NCBI GenBank assembly: GCA_902525615.1
Contig: CABZHT010000001.1
Location: 50,813-114,812 of the forward strand
Direction of reading: 5' to 3'
Length of the DNA stretch: 64,000 nucleotides
Origin: an uncultured Fidelibacterota bacterium
Lineage (GTDB): Bacteria; Fidelibacterota; Marinisomatia; Marinisomatales; Marinisomataceae
The notes below the pieces were generated by a model. The model was not told the DNA's origin. It searched no databases and was given only the letters and a program-made list of their open reading frames with translations. Shown piece after piece: positions 37,241 through 46,740 of the stretch. A program made the translations under genes and the position numbers. The first letter of the stretch is position 1. Each line of letters opens with the position of its first letter.

Positions 37241-37803
37241 GAGTCCAACCTTTTTACAGCCAAGAATAAAGTTAAATTTCTTTTTAAGTCATGAATATCA
37301 TTCTCAAGAATGTTAAGTCCATATTTCTTTGCGGAAAATTTACTTGCAATAACTGCTACTTGTTTCGGCAATCTTCCCTCCGCTAAATCTTGAGCAGCCT
37401 TAGCAGTATCATCCTCTTCAACAAGCTTTTTTGACCAGAATTTTTCAGCCAAATAGTCTTTACATTGTTTTAATGCTTGTTCGTGTGAACGAATTTCTTC
37501 AATATCTCCAACAGAAACACCATCTATTGCTAATAAATTTTGACTGATTTCTATAAAAAACATGTCAATGATTTGACACTGATTTTTTGCTAAAGCTTCT
37601 ACGCTTTCAATTACTACTCCTCCTTGAGCATTTTCCATAGCAAATATTCCTGTATCAATTGAATTATTTGATAAACTATCAAGAACGTTCATTGAACTAA
37701 CAAGATATTTTAATTCAAAATCTTTAATTCCAAATTTTTCACAATATGATTTTGCAGCTTCTTCGCTAAAACTACCTTCAATTCCTTGAATACCTACTTT
37801 CAT
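37237..37803 (-). CDS. pheA: Prephenate dehydratase, catalytic PDT domain only (no ACT domain)
   Basis: The ORF track gives 37237..37878. The likely start is the ATG at 37803 (MKVGIQGIEGSFSEEAA), which forms an ATGA overlap with the aroQ stop. ENAQGGVV and NLTLF (TRF-like) motifs. The protein ends about 10 aa after the PDT domain. Confidence 0.8.
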   Translation of the reverse strand: MKVGIQGIEGSFSEEAAKSYCEKFGIKDFELKYLVSSMNVLDSLSNNSIDTGIFAMENAQGGVVIESVEALAKNQCQIIDMFFIEISQNLLAIDGVSVGDIEEIRSHEQALKQCKDYLAEKFWSKKLVEEDDTAKAAQDLAEGRLPKQVAVIASKFSAKKYGLNILENDIHDLKRNLTLFLAVKRLDS

Positions 37804-38231
37804 TTTTTTATCTCCAAAATATGCTTTATGCCGTTTATATAACTTTGTTTTCCTTCGCCAAAAAAGTGTCCAATACAAACATTTTTAATGACGGAGGTTT
37901 TTCTAAAATTTTCTCGTTTATGAATATTTGACAAATGTACTTCAACCGTAGGAATTTGAGTGCCAACTATGGCATCTCTTAAAGAATATGAATAATGAGT
38001 CAGTGCACCAGCATTTAAAATGCAATAGTCTACTTTTCCTCTTTTTGAATGCAAAAAGTCAATCATTTCACCTTCTGAATTCGATTGAAAGAATTCAATT
38101 TCAAAATTCTGGCACAATTCATGATTTTGAATCCATGCATTGATCTGATTCAGACTCTCACTACCATAAATCTCAGGCTCTCTTTCGCCAAGCAAATTCA
38201 GGTTTGGACCATTCACGATAATTAATTTCAT
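37800..38231 (-). CDS. aroQ: 3-dehydroquinate dehydratase, type II
   Basis: 143 aa. MKLIIVNGPNLNLLGEREPEIYG and HLSNIHKRE motifs. Confidence 0.95.
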   Translation of the reverse strand: MKLIIVNGPNLNLLGEREPEIYGSESLNQINAWIQNHELCQNFEIEFFQSNSEGEMIDFLHSKRGKVDYCILNAGALTHYSYSLRDAIVGTQIPTVEVHLSNIHKRENFRKTSVIKNVCIGHFFGEGKQSYINGIKHILEIKK

Positions 38232-39295
38232 AACACGCTCAAACTTTCTTTAATTTGATCAAATGTGATATCTTTGCTGATTCTTGATTTACCAATTTCA
38301 TCTAATAAGATAAATCTAATTTTTTTCTCTCTAAATTTTTTGTCATTTTTGACAAAATTTATAAAAGTCTGTTTATTATCAATATCAAGTTTCGGTAATT
38401 CAAATTTAGATAATAATTGAGTGGATATTTCATATTCATCATTAGTTAAATTTCCAAATTTATTGGAAAGATATAATGCGCACTTCATACCATAAAAAAT
38501 TGCTTCTCCATGTAATAAATTTTTGTAATTAGTAAATGATTCAATTGCATGCCCAACAGTATGACCAAAATTCAGAATCATTCTTAATTCATTCTCATTT
38601 TCATCTTCACTAACAATATCGCTCTTTATTTCACAACATTTGATAATTATTTTCTGTAAAACATCTATATCTTTATTTTCAATTTTAATCGCATTAGCAA
38701 CTAAATAATCAAAAAATTCTTTATCATAAATGAAGCCGTATTTTACAACCTCTGCAAGAGCAGCTTGCAGTTCTCTATCTGGCAAAGTTGATAAAAAATT
38801 GGTATCAATTTCTACAGCTATTGGCTGATATATTCTTCCAACCAAATTTTTACCATCCTTTAAATTTATTCCTGTCTTTCCTCCTATTGCAGAATCAACC
38901 ATTGCAAGTAACGTGGTTGGATATTGAATGTATTTAATTCCTCTCATAAAAATTGATGATGCAAAGCCCGCAACATCTCCAACTACCCCTCCACCAACTG
39001 CAAACACTAATGATGATCTATCAAAATGTTTTTTTGCCATCTCATTTACAATTAAAGAAATAGATTCAAACGATTTTGCTTTTTCACCTTGATCAATCAA
39101 AAAAATATTTACATTAGGTAAATTAGAAAGCTCGTTTATTTCATCTTTATAATGATTTAGAATCTCTTTTTGAGTAATTAACATACATTGTGATTTTGTC
39201 GAAGATGCAAACTTTACAACTGAATTTTTGAAACTTTTAATCAAACTGATATTGTAACTATTGTTTCCTAAATCAACTTTAATCTTATTGGACAT
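38228..39295 (-). CDS. aroB: 3-dehydroquinate synthase
   Basis: 355 aa. GGGVVGDVAGFA nucleotide-binding motif and conserved His ligands (GHTVGHAIE, HGEAI). Confidence 0.95.
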   Translation of the reverse strand: MSNKIKVDLGNNSYNISLIKSFKNSVVKFASSTKSQCMLITQKEILNHYKDEINELSNLPNVNIFLIDQGEKAKSFESISLIVNEMAKKHFDRSSLVFAVGGGVVGDVAGFASSIFMRGIKYIQYPTTLLAMVDSAIGGKTGINLKDGKNLVGRIYQPIAVEIDTNFLSTLPDRELQAALAEVVKYGFIYDKEFFDYLVANAIKIENKDIDVLQKIIIKCCEIKSDIVSEDENENELRMILNFGHTVGHAIESFTNYKNLLHGEAIFYGMKCALYLSNKFGNLTNDEYEISTQLLSKFELPKLDIDNKQTFINFVKNDKKFREKKIRFILLDEIGKSRISKDITFDQIKESLSVL

Positions 39296-39806
39296 TAATT
39301 ATCTCCATTATTTGGTTGCAGTTGTCCTGAATAGTCTGATTATCGGTAATAACCTTACTTTTGCATAATGCTTCATACTTTTGCTCTCTTTTAAGCATAA
39401 TTTCTTCAAATACCTCATCTTTATTTTGGACATTTAATAATGGCCTAGAATTATCATCTTTAAGCCTATCTAGTAAGATATTTTTAGATGTTTTTAAATA
39501 AATGCAATGTTTTGAGCTTAACAATTCGTAACTATCTTTGTGTGATACTGCTCCTCCACCAACAGCTATAATAGTATTTTCTTTTGAAATATGTTTTTGT
39601 AATTCAGCAAATTCTAACTTTCTAAAATTTTCTTCTCCCTTAAAAAATAGCTCATTTATTGACATATCAAATGACTTGGTTAGTTCATCATCAATATCAA
39701 TAAAATTCCATCCTATGCTCAAAGAAAGAGCTTTTGCGGTGGAAGATTTTCCAGAACCCATCATTCCGATTAGATATAGTTGACTAGTATTTTCCACTGC
39801 TTTCAA
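39285..39806 (-). CDS. aroK: Shikimate kinase
   Basis: 173 aa. P-loop GMMGSGKSS and the GGGAV motif. Confidence 0.9.
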   Translation of the reverse strand: MKAVENTSQLYLIGMMGSGKSSTAKALSLSIGWNFIDIDDELTKSFDMSINELFFKGEENFRKLEFAELQKHISKENTIIAVGGGAVSHKDSYELLSSKHCIYLKTSKNILLDRLKDDNSRPLLNVQNKDEVFEEIMLKREQKYEALCKSKVITDNQTIQDNCNQIMEIINVQ

Positions 39807-40944
39807 TGTGTTTTTTTAATTGCTTAATACTATCTCCACCGAACTTTTCAAGTAATGCATCCGCAAGGACAATGGCCAACATACTTTCCCCAATGATTGA
39901 TGCCGCAGGAACTGCACAAGAATCTGTTCTTTCTTTATGCGCAAGCTTGGGCTCCATAGTATTTAAATCTATCGATCTTAAGGGCTTTATGAGCGTTGAA
40001 ATAGGTTTCATGCTCACCTTTACATGAATTGGTTGAGCATTGCTCATTCCACCTTCAATACCTCCAGCATTATTTCTTGAACGAGTGATTTTGTCATTTT
40101 CAAATAATATTTCATCATGAAGTTCGCTTCCAAATGCCGCAGATGAAGCAAAACCGGCTCCAACTTCCACGCCTTTAAAAGCATTCACGGACATCATTGC
40201 TTGGGAAATTCTGGCTTGAAGCTTTCCATCAGCATTGATATAGCTTCCTAAACCATAAGGCATTCCTTTGGCAATTACCTCAAAAGAACCTCCAACTGAA
40301 TCACCATTACTTTTCGCTTGATCAATAACGTTAATCATTTTTTCTTCTGCATCTTTATTTAAACATCTAACTGAGGATTTATCAGCTAAATCGTTTAATT
40401 GAGACATAGTTAAAGAATGGTCAACTTCTTTATTATCAACAACATCATGAATTTGATATACTCTACTACCAATGGTTATTCCTACTTCATCTAATAGTTT
40501 TCTGCAAATAGCACCAATAGCAACTCTCATTGCAGTTTCTCTTGCTGAAGATCGTTCTAAAACATTTCTAATATCATCAAAATCATATTTCATCATACCT
40601 GCTAAATCTGCATGTCCAGGTCGAGGCATTGTTACCTTTTTATGTTCTTTTTTAGGTTTACCTACTGCCATTCTATCTTCCCAGTTTACCCAATCTAAAT
40701 TTTTAATGATTAGGGATATTGGAGATCCGAGTGTGCGTTCATGTCGCACTCCTGAAAAAATTTCTGCAAAATCTTTTTCAATTTTCATTCTTTTTCCTCT
40801 GCCATGACCTTGCATTCTTCTTAAAAGATCAACCGCAATATATTCTTCAGTAAGATGAAGACCAGCAGGTATTCCTTCAATGATACCTATTAACCCTTTT
40901 CCATGCGATTCACCAGCGGTCATATATGATATTTTTTTTAACAT
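39784..40944 (-). CDS. aroC: Chorismate synthase
   Basis: 386 aa. GESHG signature, RPGHAD, and full-length similarity. Confidence 0.97.
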   Translation of the reverse strand: MLKKISYMTAGESHGKGLIGIIEGIPAGLHLTEEYIAVDLLRRMQGHGRGKRMKIEKDFAEIFSGVRHERTLGSPISLIIKNLDWVNWEDRMAVGKPKKEHKKVTMPRPGHADLAGMMKYDFDDIRNVLERSSARETAMRVAIGAICRKLLDEVGITIGSRVYQIHDVVDNKEVDHSLTMSQLNDLADKSSVRCLNKDAEEKMINVIDQAKSNGDSVGGSFEVIAKGMPYGLGSYINADGKLQARISQAMMSVNAFKGVEVGAGFASSAAFGSELHDEILFENDKITRSRNNAGGIEGGMSNAQPIHVKVSMKPISTLIKPLRSIDLNTMEPKLAHKERTDSCAVPAASIIGESMLAIVLADALLEKFGGDSIKQLKKHIESSGKY

Positions 40945-41756
40945 TTTATGTTCTCCAATTGTTTTCTCAAGGACTCAATTTGTGAATCCAAATTATAGTT
41001 AGTTTCTCTCCAAATTTCAATAGACTTCAAAGCTTGAAAAATAAACATATCAAGCCCATTAATCTTTTTGGAGCATTTATCAAATTTTTTTAAAAATAAA
41101 GTTTCTTTAGAAGTATAAATAAGATCAATTAATACTGTATGATCATGGATAGGAATATCAAAAAAATTGTCACTGTCTTCCTTATACATTCCTATTGGAG
41201 TTGTATTAATTGCAATATCATAACTAGCATGATTAGAATTAAATAGTTCTATATTGTTGAAACCAAGGGTATGAGCAAAATTTTGAAGATTGTAAGCATT
41301 ATCGATAGATCTGTTTTTTATAATAATCCTACCAATTCCCTTATCAATTAAGCATTTAACTACAGTTTTTGCTGATGATCCTGCCCCAAGGACAACACAG
41401 CTATTGCCCTCAATAACTATACCATTTTCATTTAACAGCATATCAAATCCATACTTATCAGTATTAAATCCACAAATCATATTATTTGATTTTGATATAC
41501 AGTTCACATTATTTAAGATTTTTGCTTCATTGTCAATAGCATCCAAAAACTTTACTACTCTACTTTTGAATGGTATCGTAACATTAATACCATTAAATAA
41601 ACCAAAATCATTATTGAAAAAATCATCAAGCTGATCATTCTCTAAATGAATTTTTTCAAAAGAACAGTTCAAAATATTTAATCTTTCATAAAGAATTTCA
41701 TGAAGCTGAGGGCTTAAACTTTTATCAATTGGGTTTCCTATCACTGCAAATTTCAT
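40938..41756 (-). CDS. aroE: Shikimate 5-dehydrogenase
   Basis: 272 aa. KSLSPQLH substrate motif, NVTIPFK, GAGSSAK NADP site. Confidence 0.9.
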   Translation of the reverse strand: MKFAVIGNPIDKSLSPQLHEILYERLNILNCSFEKIHLENDQLDDFFNNDFGLFNGINVTIPFKSRVVKFLDAIDNEAKILNNVNCISKSNNMICGFNTDKYGFDMLLNENGIVIEGNSCVVLGAGSSAKTVVKCLIDKGIGRIIIKNRSIDNAYNLQNFAHTLGFNNIELFNSNHASYDIAINTTPIGMYKEDSDNFFDIPIHDHTVLIDLIYTSKETLFLKKFDKCSKKINGLDMFIFQALKSIEIWRETNYNLDSQIESLRKQLENIKC

Positions 41757-43003
41757 TTGGTTACCTCGCTAAGATAATTGAAGAAATTTGGTAATGAAAT
41801 ATCAACGCATTGTGTATTATCAAGCTCATATTTTTCAAAAGAAGTAAGGCTAAAAATTGTGAATGCCATAGCAATCCTATGATCATCAAAGGTAGTTATT
41901 TTTGGCATTCTTTTTACCTTACCTCCCTCAACAAATAAGTCATTGTTTTTTTCATATGCCTTGATTCCAAATGCTTTTAGATTATGTATAATTGCGCTCA
42001 ACCTATCACATTCTTTATATTTTAACTCTTCTACATTTTTAAAAACTGTTGTGCCCTTTGCAAATGCAGCTACAACTGCTAATATTGGCACTTCATCTAT
42101 AATTGATGGTATAGTTTCTGATTCAATTTCTATTGCTTTAAGATTAGATGCGCTAACAGTTAAATCTCCTACCTTTTCACCATTATGAACTGACTCATTT
42201 GATTTTGTTATTAAACAATTCATTTTATTTAAAACTTCAACAAATCCAATTCTTGACTCGTTAAGTAATACATTGGTCAGCTTTAAATTTGAATTATTAT
42301 TAATAACTGCCAAAGCAACAAAAAAGGCTGCTGAGGATGGATCAGAGGGTACAGAAATATCAATCGACTTTAACTTAGATTTGAGTGGATGAACTATAAT
42401 TTTACTTCCTTCATTTTCAATTGATGCTCCCATATTCTTTAACATAATTTCTGAATGATTTCTTGTCTGAATAATCTCATTAATACTTGATACATTATTT
42501 CCACCTAAAGCTGAAAAAAGTATACTTGATTTCACCTGTGCACTTGCAACTTTCATATCATAATCTATAGCGCTAATACCTTTAGAAGCATCTATTGATA
42601 AGGGTAATAATCCATCATTAGAGGAAATTTTACATCCCATTGCTGTTAAAGGCGTAATTATTCGCTTCATTGGTCTTTTTGATAAGGATTCATCTCCAAT
42701 CAATGAAAATTTTAATTTTTGGGAAGCTAATAGTCCTGCAACCAGTCTAATAGTAGTTCCTGAATTACCACAATCAAGATTATTTGATGGAGAATGAAGT
42801 TCTTTTCCATTAATTACTATTTCATTTTCTCTTTCTTGTATTGAAGCTCCACAATCTTTCAAAATATTAATTGTTGACTGCAGATCAGCTCCATCATTTA
42901 AATTTCTAACATAACTAACTCCCTCAGCTATGGCTGAAAGCATAATTGCTCTATGAGAAATAGATTTATCTCCTGGAAGTTGCAATGTTCCTTGAACTAG
43001 CAT
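41753..43003 (-). CDS. aroA: 3-phosphoshikimate 1-carboxyvinyltransferase (EPSP synthase)
   Basis: 416 aa. LPGDKSISHR and NSGTTIRL motifs. Confidence 0.95.
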   Translation of the reverse strand: MLVQGTLQLPGDKSISHRAIMLSAIAEGVSYVRNLNDGADLQSTINILKDCGASIQERENEIVINGKELHSPSNNLDCGNSGTTIRLVAGLLASQKLKFSLIGDESLSKRPMKRIITPLTAMGCKISSNDGLLPLSIDASKGISAIDYDMKVASAQVKSSILFSALGGNNVSSINEIIQTRNHSEIMLKNMGASIENEGSKIIVHPLKSKLKSIDISVPSDPSSAAFFVALAVINNNSNLKLTNVLLNESRIGFVEVLNKMNCLITKSNESVHNGEKVGDLTVSASNLKAIEIESETIPSIIDEVPILAVVAAFAKGTTVFKNVEELKYKECDRLSAIIHNLKAFGIKAYEKNNDLFVEGGKVKRMPKITTFDDHRIAMAFTIFSLTSFEKYELDNTQCVDISLPNFFNYLSEVTK

Positions 43004-44344
43004 TTATCTTTGCAGCTCCTCCGCAATATTGAAAGAGAGTTCTAGCGCTTGATTAGCATTCAATCTTGGATCGCAATGCGTATGATATCTTGAATTTAAA
43101 TCCTCATCGCTCAGTTTATAAATCCCTCCTGTACACTCAGTAACATTTTGTCCGGTCATTTCTAGGTGTATACCACCCAAATGACATCCTTTATCCTTTA
43201 GAATCTTTATTGCCTCTGAAGTTTCGTTTAATAAAGAACTAAAATCTCTAGTTTTTAGTCCTGAGGAAGATTTTATTGTATTACCATGCATTGGGTCTGA
43301 TACCCATAAAACTTTTTTTCCATTTTTTGTTATTTCATTAATTAATCCTGGAAGATATTTACGGACTTTGTTTTTACCATATCTAAAGATCAAAGAAATT
43401 TTTCCAGGCTCATTATCTGGATTAATTTTATCAATTATTTTAATGAGCTCTTTAGTGTCTAAACTTGGTCCACACTTAATACCAATAGGATTATTAATTC
43501 CAGAACAATATTCAACATGAGCACTATCTACGAATCTAGTCCTATCGCCAATCCAAACCATGTGCGATGAAGTAGCAAAAGTTTTACCAGAAATTGAATC
43601 TGTTCTTGTAAGTGCAGATTCAAATGGTAAATGCAATGCTTCATGACTAGTATAAAAATCTACTGAATTTAGATAGTCTACAGAGTAAATATTTACACCA
43701 ATAGCCTCAATGAAATCAAGATATTCATTTATTTGGTTTGCTATTTTTTCATATTTTTTTCCCTCGGGTGTAGCTTTTACAAAACCCATATTCCAGGAAT
43801 TTACTTTTCTTAAATTTGCAAATCCGCCTTGTGCAAAAGATCTAATAAGATTAAGTGTAGATGCTGATTGTGAATAAGCTCTCAAAAGTCTTGAAGGGTT
43901 TGGTTCTCTCTTTTGTTCAGAAAATTCAATGCTATTTATTGAATCTCCAAAATAACTTGGTAATGTTTTATCATTAACTGTTTCAAAATCAGATGATCTA
44001 GGTTTAGCAAATTGACCAGCAATTCTTCCTACTTTAATTACTGGTACCTTCATTTTTGCGGTAAAAATGGCACTCATTTGCAAAATCACTCTAAATGTAT
44101 CTCTTATGCTATTAGCATTAAATTCCTTAAAACTTTCAGCACAATCACCACCTTGAATTAAAAAAGCTTTACCTTCAACAGCTAAAGCAAGCTTTTCTTT
44201 AAGACTGTTACACTCACCGGCAAAAACCAATGGTGGAAATTTTTCAATTTTCTTTAAAGCTTTTTTTAAAGCATCTTTATCCTTGTATTCGGGAATATGT
44301 TTAACAGTAAAATTTTCCCAAGAATTTTTAGTCCACTTACTCAT
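43004..44344 (-). CDS. 3-deoxy-7-phosphoheptulonate (DAHP) synthase, class II
   Basis: 446 aa. Class II length and the LIQGGDCAESF motif. Confidence 0.9.
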   Translation of the reverse strand: MSKWTKNSWENFTVKHIPEYKDKDALKKALKKIEKFPPLVFAGECNSLKEKLALAVEGKAFLIQGGDCAESFKEFNANSIRDTFRVILQMSAIFTAKMKVPVIKVGRIAGQFAKPRSSDFETVNDKTLPSYFGDSINSIEFSEQKREPNPSRLLRAYSQSASTLNLIRSFAQGGFANLRKVNSWNMGFVKATPEGKKYEKIANQINEYLDFIEAIGVNIYSVDYLNSVDFYTSHEALHLPFESALTRTDSISGKTFATSSHMVWIGDRTRFVDSAHVEYCSGINNPIGIKCGPSLDTKELIKIIDKINPDNEPGKISLIFRYGKNKVRKYLPGLINEITKNGKKVLWVSDPMHGNTIKSSSGLKTRDFSSLLNETSEAIKILKDKGCHLGGIHLEMTGQNVTECTGGIYKLSDEDLNSRYHTHCDPRLNANQALELSFNIAEELQR

Positions 44345-44604
44345 AATTCATTCCCTTCAATTTTTTTAGAAGCAGAAATTACACTAAGATATATTTCTTT
44401 TAAATATTTTGCCTCTTTTTCAGAAAATCTTGCATCTATTCTAGCATAAATTGAATTTTCTCGTTTTGAATCTTCAATTGGTATATTATCTTTAGATTTT
44501 ATTTCACCAATCTTCATGACAGGATCTAGCCTTTTAACTAAAAGGTCAAAAATCATATTATCAATATTATCAATATTTTTTCTTTCATCATTAATTTCCA
44601 ACAT
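44341..44604 (-). CDS. Chorismate mutase, stand-alone AroQ-class (87 aa)
   Basis: The ORF track gives 44341..44631. Its first 9 codons (MLGFFFGGI) are encoded by the terminator T-run and the SD. The real start is the ATG at 44604, preceded by GGAGGAATT. AroQ pattern: R..ID.ID..I..LL..R......IG..K...D..RE. ATGA overlap with the DAHP synthase gene. Confidence 0.8.
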   Translation of the reverse strand: MLEINDERKNIDNIDNMIFDLLVKRLDPVMKIGEIKSKDNIPIEDSKRENSIYARIDARFSEKEAKYLKEIYLSVISASKKIEGNEL

Positions 44605-44611
44605 AATTCCT

Positions 44612-44645
44612 CCAAAAAAAAACCCTAACAATTTTTGTTAGGGTT
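44612..44645 (-). terminator. Attenuator terminator directly upstream of chorismate mutase
   Basis: Minus strand: AACCCTAACA-AAAAT-TGTTAGGGTT, then T7, then GGAGGAATT-ATG. 10-bp stem. The hairpin ends 16 nt before the start codon. Confidence 0.8.
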
Positions 44646-44672
44646 TCTATAGTTTATGATATAATTATTCTA

Positions 44673-44732
44673 TCAGGCGCCTATAGTCCCCTTGCATCTA
44701 AAATAGAAATAATAGTAGTTAAAATTTTTCAT
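44673..44732 (-). CDS. Phe/Tyr-rich leader peptide ORF (19 aa): MKNFNYYYFYFRCKGTIGA
   Basis: Not in ORF track. ATG AAA AAT TTT AAC TAC TAT TAT TTC TAT TTT AGA TGC AAG GGG ACT ATA GGC GCC TGA. 7 of 8 consecutive codons are Phe/Tyr. It lies between the trpA stop and the attenuator hairpin. Confidence 0.7.
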   Translation of the reverse strand: MKNFNYYYFYFRCKGTIGA

Positions 44733-44773
44733 CAGAACATTTTAGTGATAAAAATCTACATGAGAAACAAAAA

Positions 44774-45535
44774 TTATTTTTTTAGGCTTTTCACAAAATT
44801 TTCAACGACACCCTTTTTTCTATCTTTAAGTACTTTTTTTATGACTGCAGATCCAACCACAGCTCCATTTGAAAAACTATTAAACCATTCAACATCATCA
44901 TTTGAACTTATACCAAAACCTACCATAAATGGTGTTTCACTATTTTCTTTTACTTTTGCTAAGTAGTTTTCCAAATTATTTTTTGAACTTAAATCATTTC
45001 CGGTAATACCTAAAATACTAACAGCATATATTAGATCTCCTGCAAGTTTAGAAATCTTCTTAATTCTTTTTTCCGCAGTATTTGGAGCAACTAGAAGTAT
45101 CGGAGATATATTTTTGTCCTTTAAATTATTACAAAATTCTACAGATTCGTCCAGAGGTAAATCTGGAAGAATAACACCGTCTATTTCTGCATCTTTACAT
45201 TTTTTTATGAAATCCATAGTACCCATTTTAAGAATTGGATTATAATAACCCATTAGTGCAATAGGGACATCAGTTTGCCTTCTTATATCTTTTACTTGTT
45301 CAAAAATTTCAAGTAATGTAATACCATTTTTCAAAGCTATTTCATTCGCCTCTTGAATGACCGGACCATCTGCTTGAGGATCTGAAAAAGGAATACCTAT
45401 CTCAATCATATCGGCACCTCCTTTTATTGCTTCCAAAACTAAATCCTTTGTGCTATCTTTTTCTGGAAAACCTGCAGTAATAAATACAATTAATTTTTTA
45501 GAATCATTTGAAAAAAGTTGTTTTATTCTATTCAT
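44774..45535 (-). CDS. trpA: Tryptophan synthase alpha chain
   Basis: 253 aa. [15 protein letters not shown] motif. Confidence 0.95.
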   Translation of the reverse strand: MNRIKQLFSNDSKKLIVFITAGFPEKDSTKDLVLEAIKGGADMIEIGIPFSDPQADGPVIQEANEIALKNGITLLEIFEQVKDIRRQTDVPIALMGYYNPILKMGTMDFIKKCKDAEIDGVILPDLPLDESVEFCNNLKDKNISPILLVAPNTAEKRIKKISKLAGDLIYAVSILGITGNDLSSKNNLENYLAKVKENSETPFMVGFGISSNDDVEWFNSFSNGAVVGSAVIKKVLKDRKKGVVENFVKSLKK

Positions 45536-46740
45536 AATTCGATTCCCAATTCCTTAGCAATGGTATTTATATCTTTGTCTCCTCTTCCAGATAAATTCAA
45601 AATAACATGTTCATTTTTTTTAATATTATTGTTTTTATTTTTTAAATAAGCAACAGCATGTGCAGTCTCTAAAGCTGGAATAATACCCTCTTTTTCTGAT
45701 AACCACTTGAATGCTTCTAATGCTTCGTTATCCGTTGCTGATGAATATTCAACTCTTTTTGTTTTTTGCAGATAACTGTGCTCTGGACCAATTCCTGGAT
45801 AATCCAAACCTGCGGACAGAGAATATGGTAAAGCAATTTGACCATCATTACTTTGGAGTAACATTGATGCTGCACCATGCAATACTCCAAATTCTCCCTT
45901 TGTAAGAGTGGCAGCATGCTGATTTGTGTCAATCCCTTTTCCTGCAGCTTCAACTCCAACTATTTTTACGTCATCATCAATAAATGGGTAAAATAATCCA
46001 AGTGCATTAGATCCACCGCCAACACATGCTACAAGCCTATCGGGTAATTCATTGTTTGTTATATCTTTAAATTGTTTTTTTGTTTCTGTACCAATTACAG
46101 ATTGAAAATCACGAACAAGCATTGGATATGGATGAGGTCCAACCGATGAGCCAATGATATAAAATGTATCTTCAACATTTGTCACCCAATCCCTTATTGC
46201 TTCATTGGTAGCATCTTTTAAAGTTTTAGACCCAGAAGTTACAGGAATAACTTTTGCTCCCATTAAATTAATTTTAAACACATTAAGCTTTTGGCGCTCA
46301 ATATCTTCCTCACCCATGTAAACAATACATTCTAAACCAAATTTAGCAGCTGCTGCTGCAGTAGCTACACCATGTTGCCCTGCTCCTGTTTCAGCTATGA
46401 TTCTTTTCTTTCCCATTTTACGTGCCAATAAAATTTGTCCAAGAGCATTATTTATTTTGTGTGCACCTGTATGATTTAAATCTTCTCTTTTAAGCCACAC
46501 ATTGAAACCTAGTTCTCCAGAAATATTTTTAGCTAAATAAAGTGGAGTTGGTCTACCTCCATAATATTTAAGCAAATTAAAAAATTCTTTTTGGAAATTT
46601 TTATCTTTTTTACTCTTAAAATATTCCTGCTCTAATTCATCCAATGCAGGAATAAGAGTTTCAGGAACATATTTTCCACCAAATTCTTCAAAATGCCCAT
46701 GTTTATCAGGCATATTATATTTTTTAACTAAACTATCCAA
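45532..46740 (-). CDS. trpB: Tryptophan synthase beta chain
   Basis: 402 aa. PLP-lysine motif HTGAHKINN and the GGGSNA motif. Confidence 0.97.
   Translation of the reverse strand: MDSLVKKYNMPDKHGHFEEFGGKYVPETLIPALDELEQEYFKSKKDKNFQKEFFNLLKYYGGRPTPLYLAKNISGELGFNVWLKREDLNHTGAHKINNALGQILLARKMGKKRIIAETGAGQHGVATAAAAAKFGLECIVYMGEEDIERQKLNVFKINLMGAKVIPVTSGSKTLKDATNEAIRDWVTNVEDTFYIIGSSVGPHPYPMLVRDFQSVIGTETKKQFKDITNNELPDRLVACVGGGSNALGLFYPFIDDDVKIVGVEAAGKGIDTNQHAATLTKGEFGVLHGAASMLLQSNDGQIALPYSLSAGLDYPGIGPEHSYLQKTKRVEYSSATDNEALEAFKWLSEKEGIIPALETAHAVAYLKNKNNNIKKNEHVILNLSGRGDKDINTIAKELGIEL

Noticed and set aside
37804-37878. N-terminal 25-codon extension of the pheA ORF overlapping aroQ.
   Set aside because: The PDT domain begins at MKVGIQG, and the ATG at 37803 gives the operon-typical ATGA overlap. 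The extension has no homology logic.
44605-44631. N-terminal extension MLGFFFGGI of the chorismate mutase ORF.
   Set aside because: These codons are the terminator T-run and the GGAGG Shine-Dalgarno sequence. The ATG at 44604 has proper SD spacing.
44745-44966. 73-aa plus-strand ORF overlapping the trpA 3' end and the leader region.
   Set aside because: It is antisense to trpA, has no motifs, and its start lies in the intergenic region by chance.
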